From Lingula anatina (taxonomy: Eukaryota > Animalia > Brachiopoda), in the NCBI GenBank assembly GCA_051362555.1, contig CM120647.1, positions 10,640,651 to 10,704,650 of the forward strand: a stretch of DNA of 64,000 bases. The letters are read 5' to 3'. Shown piece after piece: positions 1 through 12,700 of this stretch (its first letter is position 1; every line of letters starts with the position of its first letter). Made by a program: the position numbers and the translations under genes. The notes beneath the pieces are model-generated. The model did no database searches and was not told where the DNA came from. It saw only the letters and a list, made by a program, of their open reading frames with translations.

Positions 1-1686
1 ATTTGTAGTGAGGGTAAAGTGCTGGAAGAGTGATTGTGTCATTATTTAGGAAGAAATAGAGCAAAAACTCTCTCCACCCCCCCTCTCTCCAAATCCTGTT
101 CTCAGGTGTGCTTTCTGGCAATCTTTAAAGCTGAAATTGGGGGCTTTAATGAAGTGACCCGGGCGCGTTTCCACATTTTTTATGAATGTCAGGTGTGGTA
201 AATTAATTTTCATCACTTTTTGGAAAAATTGGTGACGGGTCATTTTTGGGTGATTTTGAGAGATTTTCGTAAGGTCCGGATATGGCAGTTTTCTTCAATT
301 TTGGCCAGGTAGGGATGAAAAATTTTTTTCTTCAATATTGTGTCAGGTAGGTGTGTTTGGTCATTTGTAGTGAGGGTAAAGTGCTGGAAGAGTGATTGTG
401 TCATTATTTAGGAAGAAATAGAGCAAAAACTCTCTCCACCCCCCCTCTCTCCAAATCCTGTTCTCAGGTGTGCTTTCTGGCAATCTTTAAAGCTGAAATT
501 GGGGGCTTTAATGAAGTGACCCGGGCGCGTTTCCACATTTTTTATGAATGTCAGGTGTGGTAAATTAATTTTCATCACTTTTTGGAAAAATTGGTGACGG
601 GTCATTTTTGGGTGATTTTGAGAGATTTTCGTAAGGTCCGGATATGGCAGTTTTCTTCAATTTTGGCCAGGTAGGGATGAAAAATTTTTTTCTTCAATAT
701 TGTGTCAGGTAGGTGTGTTTGGTCATTTGTAGTGAGGGTAAAGTGCTGGAAGAGTGATTGTGTCATTATTTAGGAAGAAATAGAGCAAAAACTCTCTCCA
801 CCCCCCCTCTCTCCAAATCCTGTTCTCAGGTGTGCTTTCTGGCAATCTTTAAAACTGAAATTGGGGGCTTTAATGAAGTGACCCGGGCGCGTTTCCACAT
901 TTTTTATGAATGTCAGGTGTGGTAAATTAATTTTCATCACTTTTTGGAAAAATTGGTGACGGGTCATTTTTGGGTGATTTTGAGAGATTTTCGTAAGGTC
1001 CGGATATGGCAGTTTTCTTCAATTTTGGCCAGGTAGGGATGAAAAATTTTTTTCTTCAATATTGTGTCAGGTAGGTGTGTTTGGTCATTTGTAGTGAGGG
1101 TAAAGTGCTGGAAGAGTGATTGTGTCATTATTTAGGAAGAAATAGAGCAAAAACTCTCTCCACCCCCCCTCTCTCCAAATCCTGTTCTCAGGTGTGCTTT
1201 CTGGCAATCTTTAAAGCTGAAATTGGGGGCTTTAATGAAGTGACCCGGGCGCGTTTCCACATTTTTTATGAATGTCAGGTGTGGTAAATTAATTTTCATC
1301 ACTTTTTGGAAAAATTGGTGACGGGTCATTTTTGGGTGATTTTGAGAGATTTTCGTAAGGTCCAGATATGGCAGTTTTCTTCAATTTTGGCCAGGTAGGG
1401 ATGAAAAATTTTTTTCTTCAATATTGTGTCAGGTAGGTGTGTTTGGTCATTTGTAGTGAGGGTAAAGTGCTGGAAGAGTGATTGTGTCATTATTTAGGAA
1501 GAAATAGAGCAAAAACTCTCTCCACCCCCCCTCTCTCCAAATCCTGTTCTCAGGTGTGCTTTCTGGCAATCTTTAAAGCTGAAATTGGGGGCTTTAATGA
1601 AGTGACCCGGGCGCGTTTCCACATTTTTTATGAATGTCAGGTGTGGTAAATTAATTTTCATCACTTTTTAGAAAAATTGGTGACGG
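1..1686. repeat. 362-bp satellite DNA, left segment (~4.7 monomers, runs off the window start)
   Basis: Exact 362-bp periodicity: the same minus-strand ORF recurs at 46, 408, 770 and 1132. Monomers are near-identical. Confidence 0.99.
1683..1686 (+). other. Left target-site duplication ACGG
   Basis: ggtgACGG|tgtacc. Confidence 0.95.
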
Positions 1687-1794
1687 TGTACCATGAAAAT
1701 CTGACTCCCCTAAAATGTGACTCCCCAGTCAGATTTTCATAATGAAAATCTGACTCCCCAGTCAGATTTTCATTATGAAAATCTGACTCCCCCC
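1687..1794 (+). repeat. Left outer TIR domain made of palindromic 33-bp units (ATGAAAATCTGACT-CCCC-AGTCAGATTTTCAT)
   Basis: Direct reading; imperfect inverted copy at ~3607-3715. Confidence 0.9.
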
Positions 1795-2340
1795 ATGAAA
1801 TTTTGACTCCCCCCCCAAAAAAAACATTCATTAATCTCATTTTATTTGAGTAAATGACTATGATTTTGTAGTATGCATAATGGATGATACATTGGCACTT
1901 TTTTGTAGTTTGCAGGTGAAAATTTTCATAAAAAAAAAGAAAAATTAAAAATGTGCACATAATGAAAATGTGGTTCCCCTATGAAAATTTGACTCCCCTA
2001 CAAAAAAACATTCATTAATCTCTAATTAATTTAGTATATAACTGTGATCTTGTAGTATGTAAAATGGTTGATACATTGGCACATTTTTTTGTAGTTTGCA
2101 GTGAGAATTTTAATGAACAAATAAGAAAATTAAAAATGAGCACATAATGAAAATCTGACTCCCCCATGAAAATTTGACTCCCCCTCCACAAAACTTCATA
2201 AAACTTATTTTATTTTGAGTATATGTCTGTGATCTTGTATTATGTAAAATGGTTGATACATTGGCACATTTTTTGTAGTTTGCAGTGAAAATTTTAATGA
2301 AAAAATGAGAAAATTAAAAATGTGCACATAATGAAAATGT
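1795..2340 (+). repeat. Left arm: ~3 tandem copies of a ~185-bp unit
   Basis: ATGAAAATTT(T)GACTCCCC recurs at 1795, 1981 and 2166. Confidence 0.9.
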
Positions 2341-2710
2341 AGTGTTTTGACATGGGAGTGCAAAACCTACAAGAATAAAGATGGATACTTGTTTTAAAAA
2401 TATTGACCAAAGTTTTCATCATCAAACTTTCAAATAATGACAAAATATCCATTTCTATGCAAACTATGTGGAAAACAGTGGTATGGTGACTGAATATAAA
2501 ATAGGTCCTTTTCTCAATGGGAGTCCAAATCTCATGGGTGTAAAAATAAAGATTTTCATGATTTCCTTTTCATGCTTTCACTATTTTATCGTCAAACCTT
2601 TAAATATTTCCAATATATTTTTCATAAAGTATCCTAAAAGAAAAGGTGTTGAAATGATCATCAAATATTAAATAACTTTTTCATAGGGGAGACAATAGGT
2701 GATTAAGTGG

Positions 2711-3606
2711 ACATTTTTAATTTTCTTATTTTTTCATGAAAATTTTCACCTGCAAATTACAAAAAAGCGCCAATGTATCCTCCATTTCACATACTACAAG
2801 ATCACAGTCACATACTCAAAATAAAATAAGATTTATGAAGTTTTGTGGAGGGGCAGTCATATTTTCATGGGGGAGTCAGATTTTCATTATTTGCTCATTT
2901 TTAATTTTCTTACTTTTTCACATAATTTTTCACCTGCAAACTACAAAAAATGTGCCAATCTATCCTCCTTTTCACATACTACAAGATCACAGTCATATAC
3001 TCAAAATAAAATAAGATTTATAAAGTTTTATGATGGGGGAGTCAAATTTTCATGGGGGAGTCAGATTTTCATTATGTGCTCATTTTTAATTTTCTTATTT
3101 TTTCATTAAAATTTCCACTGCAAACTACAAAAAAATGTGCCAATCTATCCTCCTTTTTACATACTACAAGATTACAGTCATATACCCAAAATAAAATAAG
3201 ATTTATGAAGTTTTATGATGGGGGAGTCAAATTTTCACAGGGGAGTCAGATTTTCATTATGTGCACATTTTTATTTTTCTTATTTTTTCATTTGAATTTT
3301 CACTGCAAACTACAAAAAATGTGCCAATGTATCCTCCATTTTACATACTACAAGATTACAGTCATATACCCAAAATAAAATAAGATTTATGAAGTTTTAT
3401 GATGGGGGAGTCAAATTTTCACGGGGGAGTCAGATTTTCATTATGTGCACATTTTTATCTTTCTTATTTTTTCATTTGAATTTTCACTGCAAACTACAAA
3501 AAAATGTGCCAATCTATCCTCCTTTTTACATACTACAAGATCACAGTCATATACTCAAATAAAATAAGATGTATGAAGTTTTGTGGAGGGGGAGTCAAAT
3601 TATCAT
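2711..3606 (-). repeat. Right arm: ~5 tandem copies of the same ~185-bp unit, inverted
   Basis: GTCAAATTTTCA-like motif recurs at ~2856, 3041, 3226, 3410 and 3595; it is the reverse complement of the left-arm unit. Confidence 0.9.
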
Positions 3607-3715
3607 GGGGGGAGTCAGATTTTCATCATGAAAATCTGACTGGGGAGTCACATTTTCATAATGAAAATCTGACTGGGGAGTCACATTTTCATGGGAGTCA
3701 GATTTTCATGTTACA
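3607..3715 (-). repeat. Right outer TIR domain (33-bp palindromic units)
   Basis: Reverse complement of 1687-1794 with several mismatches. Confidence 0.9.
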
Positions 3716-3719
3716 ACGG
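3716..3719 (+). other. Right target-site duplication ACGG
   Basis: gttaca|ACGGgtcattttt. Confidence 0.95.
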
Positions 3720-6700
3720 GTCATTTTTGGGTGATTTTGAGAGATTTTCGTAAGGTCCGGATATGGCAGTTTTCTTCAATTTTGGCCAGGAAGGGATGAA
3801 AAATTTTTTTCTTCAATATTGTGTCAGGTAGGTGTGTTCGGTCATTTGTAGTGAGGGTAAAGTGCTGGAAGAGTGATTGTGTCATTATTTAGGAAGAAAT
3901 AGAGCAAAAACTCTCTCCACCCCCCCTCTCTCCAAATCCTGTTCTCAGGTGTGCTTTCTGGCAATCTTTAAAGCTGAAATTGGGGGCTTTAATGAAGTGA
4001 CCCGGGCGCGTTTCCACATTTTTTATGAATGTCAGGTGTGGTAAATTAATTTTCATCACTTTTTGGAAAAATTGGTGACGGGTCATTTTTGGGTGATTTT
4101 GAGAGATTTTCGTAAGGTCCGGATATGGCAGTTTTCTTCAATTTTGGCCAGGTAGGGATGAAAAATTTTTTCTTCAATATTGTGTCAGGTAGGTGTGTTT
4201 GGTCATTTGTAGTGAGGGTAAAGTGCTGGAAGAGTGATTGTGTCATTATTTAGGAAGAAATAGAGCAAAAACTCTCTTCACCCCCCCTCTCTCCAAATCC
4301 TGTTCTCAGGTGTGCTTTCTGGCAATCTTTAAAGCTGAAATTGGGGGCTTTAATGAAGTGACCCGGGCGCGTTTCCACATTTTTTATGAATGTCAGGTGT
4401 GGTAAATTAATTTTCATCACTTTTTGGAAAAATTGGTGACGGGTCATTTTTGGGTGATTTTGAGAGATTTTCGTAAGGTCCGGATATGGCAGTTTTCTTC
4501 AATTTTGGCCAGGTAGGGATGAAAAATTTTTTTCTTCAATATTGTGTCAGGTAGGTGTGTTTGATCATTTGTAGTGAGGGTAAAGTGCTGGAAGAGTGAT
4601 TGTGTCATTATTTAGGAAGAAATAGAGCAAAAACTCTCTCCACCCCCCCTCTCTCCAAATCCATGTTCTCAGGTGTGCTTTCTGGCAATCTTTAAAGCTG
4701 AAATTGGGGGCTTTAATGAAGTGACCCGGGCGCGTTTCCACATTTTTTTTTGAATGTCAGGTGTGGTAAATTAATTTTCATCACTTTTTGGAAAAATTGG
4801 TGACGGGTCATTTTTGGGTGATTTTGAGAGATTTTCGTAAGGTCCGGATATGGCAGTTTTCTTCAATTTTGGCCAGGTAGGGATGAAAAATTTTTTTCTT
4901 CAATATTGTGTCAGGTAGGTGTGTTTGGTCATTTGTAGTGAGGGTAAAGTGCTGGAAGAGTGATTGTGTCATTATTTAGGAAGAAATAGAGCAAAAACTC
5001 TCTCCACCCCCCCTCTCTCCAAATCCTGTTCTCAGGTGTGCTTTCTGGCAATCTTTAAAGCTGAAATTGGGGGCTTTAATGAAGTGACCCGGGTGCGTTT
5101 CCACATTTTTTATGAATGTCAGGTGTGGTAAATTAATTTTCATCACTTTTTGGAAAAATTGGTGACGGGTCATTTTTGGGTGATTTTGAGAGATTTTCGT
5201 AAGGTCCGGATATGGCAGTTTTCTTCAATTTTGGCCAGGTAGGGATGAAAAATTTTTTTCTTCAATATTGTGTCAGGTAGGTGTGTTTGGTCATTTGTAG
5301 TGAGGGTAAAGTGCTGGAAGAGTGATTGTGTCATTATTTAGGAAGAAATAGAGCAAAAACTCTCTCCACCCCCCCTCTCTCCAAATCCTGTTCTCAGGTG
5401 TGCTTTCTGGCAATCTTTAAAGCTGAAATTGGGGGCTTTAATGAAGTGACCCGGGCGCGTTTCCACATTTTTTATGAATGTCAGGTGTGGTAAATTAATT
5501 TTCATCACTTTTTGGAAAAATTGGTGACGGGTCATTTTTGGGTGATTTTGAGAGATTTTCGTAAGGTCCGGATATGGCAGTTTTCTTCAATTTTGGCCAG
5601 GTAGGGATGAAAAATTTTTTTCTTCAATATTGTGTCAGGTAGGTGTGTTTGGTCATTTGTAGTGAGGGTAAAGTGCTGGAAGAGTGATTGTGTCATTATT
5701 TAGGAAGAAATAGAGCAAAAACTCTCTCCACCCCCCCTCTCTCCAAATCCTGTTCTCAGGTGTGCTTTCTGGCAATCTTTAAAGCTGAAATTGGGGGCTT
5801 TAATGATGTGACCCGGGCGCGTTTCCACATTTTTTTTTGAATGTCAGGTGTGGTAAATTAATTTTCATCACTTTTTGGAAAAATTGGTGACGGGTCATTT
5901 TTGGGTGATTTTGAGAGATTTTCGTAAGGTCCGGATATGGCAGTTTTCTTCAATTTTGGCCAGGTAGGGATGAAAAATTTTTTTCTTCAATATTGTGTCA
6001 GGTAGGTGTGTTTGGTCATTTGTAGTGAGGGTAAAGTGCTGGAAGAGTGATTGTGTCATTATTTAGGAAGAAATAGAGCAAAAACTCTCTCCACCCCCCC
6101 TCTCTCCAAATCCTGTTCTCAGGTGTGCTTTCTGGCAATCTTTAAAGCTGAAATTGGGGGCTTTAATGAAGTGACCCGGGCGCGTTTCCACATTTTTTAT
6201 GAATGTCAGGTGTGGTAAATTAATTTTCATCACTTTTTGGAAAAATTGGTGACGGGTCATTTTTGGGTGATTTTGAGAGATTTTCGTAAGGTCCGGATAT
6301 GGCAGTTTTCTTCAATTTTGGCCAGGTAGGGATGAAAAATTTTTTTCTTCAATATTGTGTCAGGTAGGTGTGTTTGGTCATTTGTAGTGAGGGTAAAGTG
6401 CTGGAAGAGTGATTGTGTCATTATTTAGGAAGAAATAGAGCAAAAACTCTCTCCACCCCCCCTCTCTCCAAATCCTGTTCTCAGGTGTGCTTTCTGGCAA
6501 TCTTTAAAGCTGAAATTGGGGGCTTTAATGAAGTGACCCGGGCGCGTTTCCACATTTTTTATGAATGTCAGGTGTGGTAAATTAATTTTCATCACTTTTA
6601 GGAAAAATTGGTGACGGGTCATTTTTGGGTGATTTTGAGAGATTTTCGTAAGGTCCGGATATGGCAGTTTTCTTCAATTTTGGCCAGGTAGGGATGAAAA

Positions 6701-9700
6701 ATTTTTTTCTTCAATATTGTGTCAGGTAGGTGTGTTTGGTCATTTGTAGTGAGGGTAAAGTGCTGGAAGAGTGATTGTGTCATTATTTAGGAAGAAATAG
6801 AGCAAAAACTCTCTCCACCCCCCCTCTCTCCAAATCCTGTTCTCAGGTGTGCTTTCTGGCAATCTTTAAAGCTGAAATTGGGGGCTTTAATGAAGTGACC
6901 TGGGCGCGTTTCCACATTTTTTATGAATGTCAGGTGTGGTAAATTAATTTTCATCACTTTTTGGAAAAATTGGTGACGGGTCATTTTTGGGTGATTTTGA
7001 GAGATTTTCGTAAGGTCCGGATATGGCAGTTTTCTTCAATTTTGGCCAGGTAGGGATGAAAAATTTTTTTCTTCAATATTGTGTCAGGTAGGTGTGTTTG
7101 GTCATTTGTAGTGAGGGTAAAGTGCTGGAAGAGTGATTGTGTCATTATTTAGGAAGAAATAGAGCAAAAACTCTCTCCACCCCCCCTCTCTCCAAATCCT
7201 GTTCTCAGGTGTGCTTTCTGGCAATCTTTAAAGCTGAAATTGGGGGCTTTAATGAAGTGACCCGGGCGCGTTTCCACATTTTTTATGAATGTCAGGTGTG
7301 GTAAATTAATTTTCATCACTTTTTGGAAAAATTGGTGACGGGTCATTTTTGGGTGATTTTGAGAGATTTTCGTAAGGTCCGGATATGGCAGTTTTCTTCA
7401 ATTTTGGCCAGGTAGGGATGAAAAATTTTTTTCTTCAATATTGTGTCAGGTAGGTGTGTTTGGTCATTTGTAGTGAGGGTAAAGTGCTGGAAGAGTGATT
7501 GTGTCATTATTTAGGAAGAAATAGAGCAAAAACTCTCTCCACCCCCCCTCTCTCCAAATCCTGTTCTCAGGTGTGCTTTCTGGCAATCTTTAAAGCTGAA
7601 ATTGGGGGCTTTAATGAAGTGACCCGGGCACGTTTCCACATTTTTTATGAATGTCAGGTGTGGTAAATTAATTTTCATCACTTTTTGGAAAAATTGGTGA
7701 CGGGTCATTTTTGGGTGATTTTGAGAGATTTTCGTAAGGTCCGGATATGGCAGTTTTCTTCAATTTTGGCCAGGTAGGGATGAAAAATTTTTTTCTTCAA
7801 TATTGTGTCAGGTAGGTGTGTTTGGTCATTTGTAGTGAGGGTAAAGTGCTGGAAGAGTGATTGTGTCATTATTTAGGAAGAAATAGAGCAAAAACTCTCT
7901 CCACCCCCCCCTCTCTCCAAATCCTGTTCTCAGGTGTGCTTTCTGGCAATCTTTAAAGCTGAAATTGGGGGCTTTAATGAAGTGACCCGGGCGCGTTTCC
8001 ACATTTTTTATGAATGTCAGGTGTGGTAAATTAATTTTCATCACTTTTTGGAAAAATTGGTGACGGGTCATTTTTGGGTGATTTTGAGAGATTTTCGTAA
8101 GGTCCGGATATGGCAGTTTTCTTCAATTTTGGCCAGGTAGGGATGAAAAATTTTTTTCTTCAATATTGTGTCAGGTAGGTGTGTTTGGTCATTTGTAGTG
8201 AGGGTAAAGTGCTGGAAGAGTGATTGTGTCATTATTTAGGAAGAAATAGAGCAAAAACTCTCTCCACCCCCCCTCTCTCCAAATCCTGTTCTCAGGTGTG
8301 CTTTCTGGCAATCTTTAAAGCTGAAATTGGGGGCTTTAATGAAGTGACCCGGGCACGTTTCCACATTTTTTATGAATGTCAGGTGTGGTAAATTAATTTT
8401 CATCACTTTTTGGAAAAATTGGTGACGGGTCATTTTTGGGTGATTTTGAGAGATTTTCGTAAGGTCCGGATATGGCAGTTTTCTTCAATTTTGGCCAGGT
8501 AGGGATGAAAAATTTTTTTCTTCAATATTGTGTCAGGTAGGTGTGTTTGGTCATTTGTAGTGAGGGTAAAGTGCTGGAAGAGTGATTGTGTCATTATTTA
8601 GGAAGAAATAGAACAAAAACTCTCTCCACCCCCCCTCTCTCCAAATCCTGTTCTCAGGTGTGCTTTCTGGCAATCTTTAAAGCTGAAATTGGGGGCTTTA
8701 ATGAAGTGACCCGGGCGCGTTTCCACATTTTTTATGAATGTCAGGTGTGGTAACTTAATTTTCATCACTTTTTGGAAAAATTGGTGACGGGTCATTTTTG
8801 GGTGATTTTGAGAGATTTTCGTAAGGTCCGGATATGGCAGTTTTCTTCAATTTTGGCCAGGTAGGGATGAAAAATTTTTTTCTTCAATATTGTGTCAGGT
8901 AGGTGTGTTTGGTCATTTGTAGTGAGGGTAAAGTGCTGGAAGAGTGATTGTGTCATTATTTAGGAAGAAATAGAGCAAAAACTCTCTCCACCCCCCCCTC
9001 TCTCCAAATCCTGTTCTCAGGTGTGCTTTCTGGCAATCTTTAAAGCTGAAATTGGGGGCTTTAATGAAGTGACCCGGGCGCGTTTCCACATTTTTTATGA
9101 ATGTCAGGTGTGGTAACTTAATTTTCATCACTTTTTTGGAAAAAATTGGTGACGGGTCATTTTTGGGTGATTTTGAGAGATTTTCGTAAGGTCCGGATAT
9201 GGCAGTTTTCTTCAATTTTGGCCAGGTAGGGATGAAAAATTTTTTTCTTCAATATTGTGTCAGGTAGGTGTGTTTGGTCATTTGTAGTGAGGGTAAAGTG
9301 CTGGAAGAGTGATTGTGTCATTATTTAGGAAGAAATAGAGCAAAAACTCTCTCCACCCCCCCTCTCTCCAAATCCTGTTCTCAGGTGTGCTTTCTGGCAA
9401 TCTTTAAAGCTGAAATTGGGGGCTTTAATGAAGTGACCCGGGCGCGTTTCCACATTTTTTATGAATGTCAGGTGTGGTAAATTAATTTTCATCACTTTTT
9501 GGAAAAATTGGTGACGGGTCATTTTTGGGTGATTTTGAGAGATTTTCGTAAGGTCCGGATATGGCAGTTTTCTTCAATTTTGGCCAGGTAGGGATGAAAA
9601 ATTTTTTTCTTCAATATTGTGTCAGGTAGGTGTGTTTGGTCATTTGTAGTGAGGGTAAAGTGCTGGAAGAGTGATTGTGTCATTATTTAGGAAGAAATAG

Positions 9701-12700
9701 AGCAAAAACTCTCTCCACCCCCCCCTCTCTCCAAATCCTGTTCTCAGGTGTGCTTTCTGGCAATCTTTAAAGCTGAAATTGGGGGGCTTTAATGAAGTGA
9801 CCCGGGCGCGTTTCCACATTTTTTATGAATGTCAGGTGTGGTAAATTAATTTTCATCACTTTTTGGAAAAATTGGTGACGGGTCATTTTTGGGTGATTTT
9901 GAGAGATTTTCGTAAGGTCCGGATATGGCAGTTTTCTTCAATTTTGGCCAGGTAGGGATGAAAAATTTTTTTTCTTCAATATTGTGTCAGGTAGGTGTGT
10001 TTTGGTCATTTGTAGTGAGGGTAAAGTGCTGGAAGAGTGATTGTGTCATTATTTAGGAAGAAATAGAGCAAAAACTCTCTCCACCCCCCCTCTCTCCAAA
10101 TCCTGTTCTCAGGTGTGCTTTCTGGCAATCTTTAAAGCTGAAATTGGTGGCTTTAATGAAGTGACCCGGGCACGTTTCCACATTTTTTATGAATGTCAGG
10201 TGTGGTAAATTAATTTTCATCACTTTTTGGAAAAATTGGTGACGGGTCATTTTTGGGTGATTTTGAGAGATTTTCGTAAGGTCCGGATATGGCAGTTTTC
10301 TTCAATTTTGGCCAGGTAGGGATGAAAAATTTTTTTCTTCAATATTGTGTCAGGTAGGTGTGTTTGGTCATTTGTAGTGAGGGTAAAGTGCTGGAAGAGT
10401 GATTGTGTCATTATTTAGGAAGAAATAGAGCAAAAACTCTCTCCACCCCCCCTCTCTCCAAATCCTGTTCTCAGGTGTGCTTTCTGGCAATCTTTAAAGC
10501 TGAAATTGGGGGCTTTAATGAAGTGACCCGGGCGCGTTTCCACATTTTTTATGAATGTCAGGTGTGGTAACTTAATTTTCATCACTTTTTGGAAAAATTG
10601 GTGACGGGTCATTTTTGGGTGATTTTGAGAGATTTTCGTAAGGTCCGGATATGGCAGTTTTCTTCAATTTTGGCCAGGTAGGGATGAAAAATTTTTTTCT
10701 TCAATATTGTGTCAGGTAGGTGTGTTTGGTCATTTGTAGTGAGGGTAAAGTGCTGGAAGAGTGATTGTGTCATTATTTAGGAAGAAATAGAGCAAAAACT
10801 CTCTCCACCACCCCCCTCTCTCCAAATCCTGTTCTCAGGTGTGCTTTCTGGCAATCTTTAAAGCTGAAATTGGGGGCTTTAATGAAGTGACCCGGGCGCG
10901 TTTCCACATTTTTTATGAATGTCAGGTGTGGTAACTTAATTTTCATCACTTTTTGGAAAAATTGGTGACGGGTCATTTTTGGGTGATTTTGAGAGATTTT
11001 CGTAAGGTCCGGATATGGCAGTTTTCTTCAATTTTGGCCAGGTAGGGATGAAAAATTTTTTTCTTCAATATTGTGTCAGGTAGGTGTGTTTGGTCATTTG
11101 TAGTGAGGGTAAAGTGCTGGAAGAGTGATTGTGTCATTATTTAGGAAGAAATAGAGCAAAAACTCTCTCCACCCCCCCCTCTCTCCAAATCCTGTTCTCA
11201 GGTGTGCTTTCTGGCAATCTTTAAAGCTGAAATTGGGGGCTTTAATGAAGTGACCCGGGCGCGTTTCCACATTTTTTATGAATGTCAGGTGTGGTAACTT
11301 AATTTTCATCACTTTTTGGAAAAATTGGTGACGGGTCATTTTTGGGTGATTTTGAGAGATTTTCGTAAGGTCCGGATATGGCAGTTTTCTTCAATTTTGG
11401 CCAGGTAGGGATGAAAAATTTTTTTCTTCAATATTGTGTCAGGTAGGTGTGTTTGGTCATTTGTAGTGAGGGTAAAGTGCTGGAAGAGTGATTGTGTCAT
11501 TATTTAGGAAGAAATAGAGCAAAAACTCTCTCCACCCCCCCTCTCTCCAAATCCTGTTCTCAAGTGTGCTTTCTGGCAATCTTTAAAGCTGAAATTGGGG
11601 GCTTTAATGAAGTGACCCGGGCGCGTTTCCACATTTTTTATGAATGTCAGGTGTGGTAACTTAATTTTCATCACTTTTTGGAAAAATTGGTGACGGGTCA
11701 TTTTTGGGTGATTTTGAGAGATTTTCGTAAGGTCCGGATATGGCAGTTTTCTTCAGTTTTGGCCAGGTAGGGATGAAACATTTTTTTCTTCAATATTGTG
11801 TCAGGTAGGTGTGTTTGGTCATTTGTAGTGAGGGTAAAGTGCTGGAAGAGTGATTGTGTCATTATTTAGGAAGAAATAGAGCAAAAACTCTCTCCACCCC
11901 CCCTCTCTCCAAATCCTGTTCTCAGGTGTGCTTTCTGGCAATCTTTAAAGCTGAAATTGGGGGCTTTAATGAAGTGACCCGGGCGCGTTTCCACATTTTT
12001 TATGAATGTCAGGTGTGGTAAATTAATTTTCATCACTTTTTGGAAAAATTGGTGGCGGGTCATTTTTGGGTGATTTTGAGAGATTTTCGTAAGGTCCGGA
12101 TATGGCAGTTTTCTTCAATTTTGGCCAGGTAGGGATGAAAAATTTTTTTCTTCAATATTGTGTCAGGTAGGTGTGTTTGGTCATTTGTAGTGAGGGTAAA
12201 GTGCTGGAAGAGTGATTGTGTCATTATTTAGGAAGAAATAGAGCAAAAACTCTCTCCACCCCCCCTCTCTCCAAATCCTGTTCTCAGGTGTGCTTTCTGG
12301 CAATCTTTAAAGCTGAAATTGGGGGCTTTAATGAAGTGACCCGGGCGCGTTTCCACATTTTTTATGAATGTCAGGTGTGGTAACTTAATTTTCATCACTT
12401 TTTGGAAAAATTGGTGACGGGTCATTTTTGGGTGATTTTGAGAGATTTTCGTAAGGTCCGGATATGGCAGTTTTCTTCAGTTTTGGCCAGGTAGGGATGA
12501 AAAATTTTTTCTTCAATATTGTGTCAGGTAGGTGTGTTTGGTCATTTGTAGTGAGGGTAAAGTGCTGGAAGAGTGATTGTGTCATTATTTAGGAAGAAAT
12601 AGAGCAAAAACTCTCTCCACCCCCCCTCTCTCCAAATCCTGTTCTCAGGTGTGCTTTCTGGCAATCTTTAAAGCTGAAATTGGGGGCTTTAATGAAGTGA

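Larger units (their letters stand above)
1687..3715. mobile_element. Non-autonomous foldback-type DNA transposon, probable Ginger1 group
   Basis: Starts TGTACCATGAAAATCTGACTCCC and ends GGGAGTCAGATTTTCATGTTACA (inverted termini, TGT...ACA). It is flanked by a perfect 4-bp TSD ACGG, and removing the element plus one ACGG restores the monomer (ggtg-acgg-gtcatt). Ginger1 elements are known for TGT termini and CCGG/CCGT 4-bp TSDs; ACGG is the reverse complement of CCGT. No transposase ORF. Confidence 0.85.

Noticed and set aside
1-362. Identity with the Drosophila 359-bp or Tribolium TCAST satellites
   Set aside because: Only the length is similar; I see no sequence resemblance and this monomer is less AT-rich.
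1687-3715. Solo LTR (TG...CA ends, 4-bp TSD)
   Set aside because: Hundreds of bp of inverted arms fit a TIR/foldback element; an LTR would have only short terminal inverted repeats.
1661-3734. Transposase remnant in the inserted element
   Set aside because: The ORFs are translations of AT-rich repeats; no DDE or zinc-finger motif is visible.
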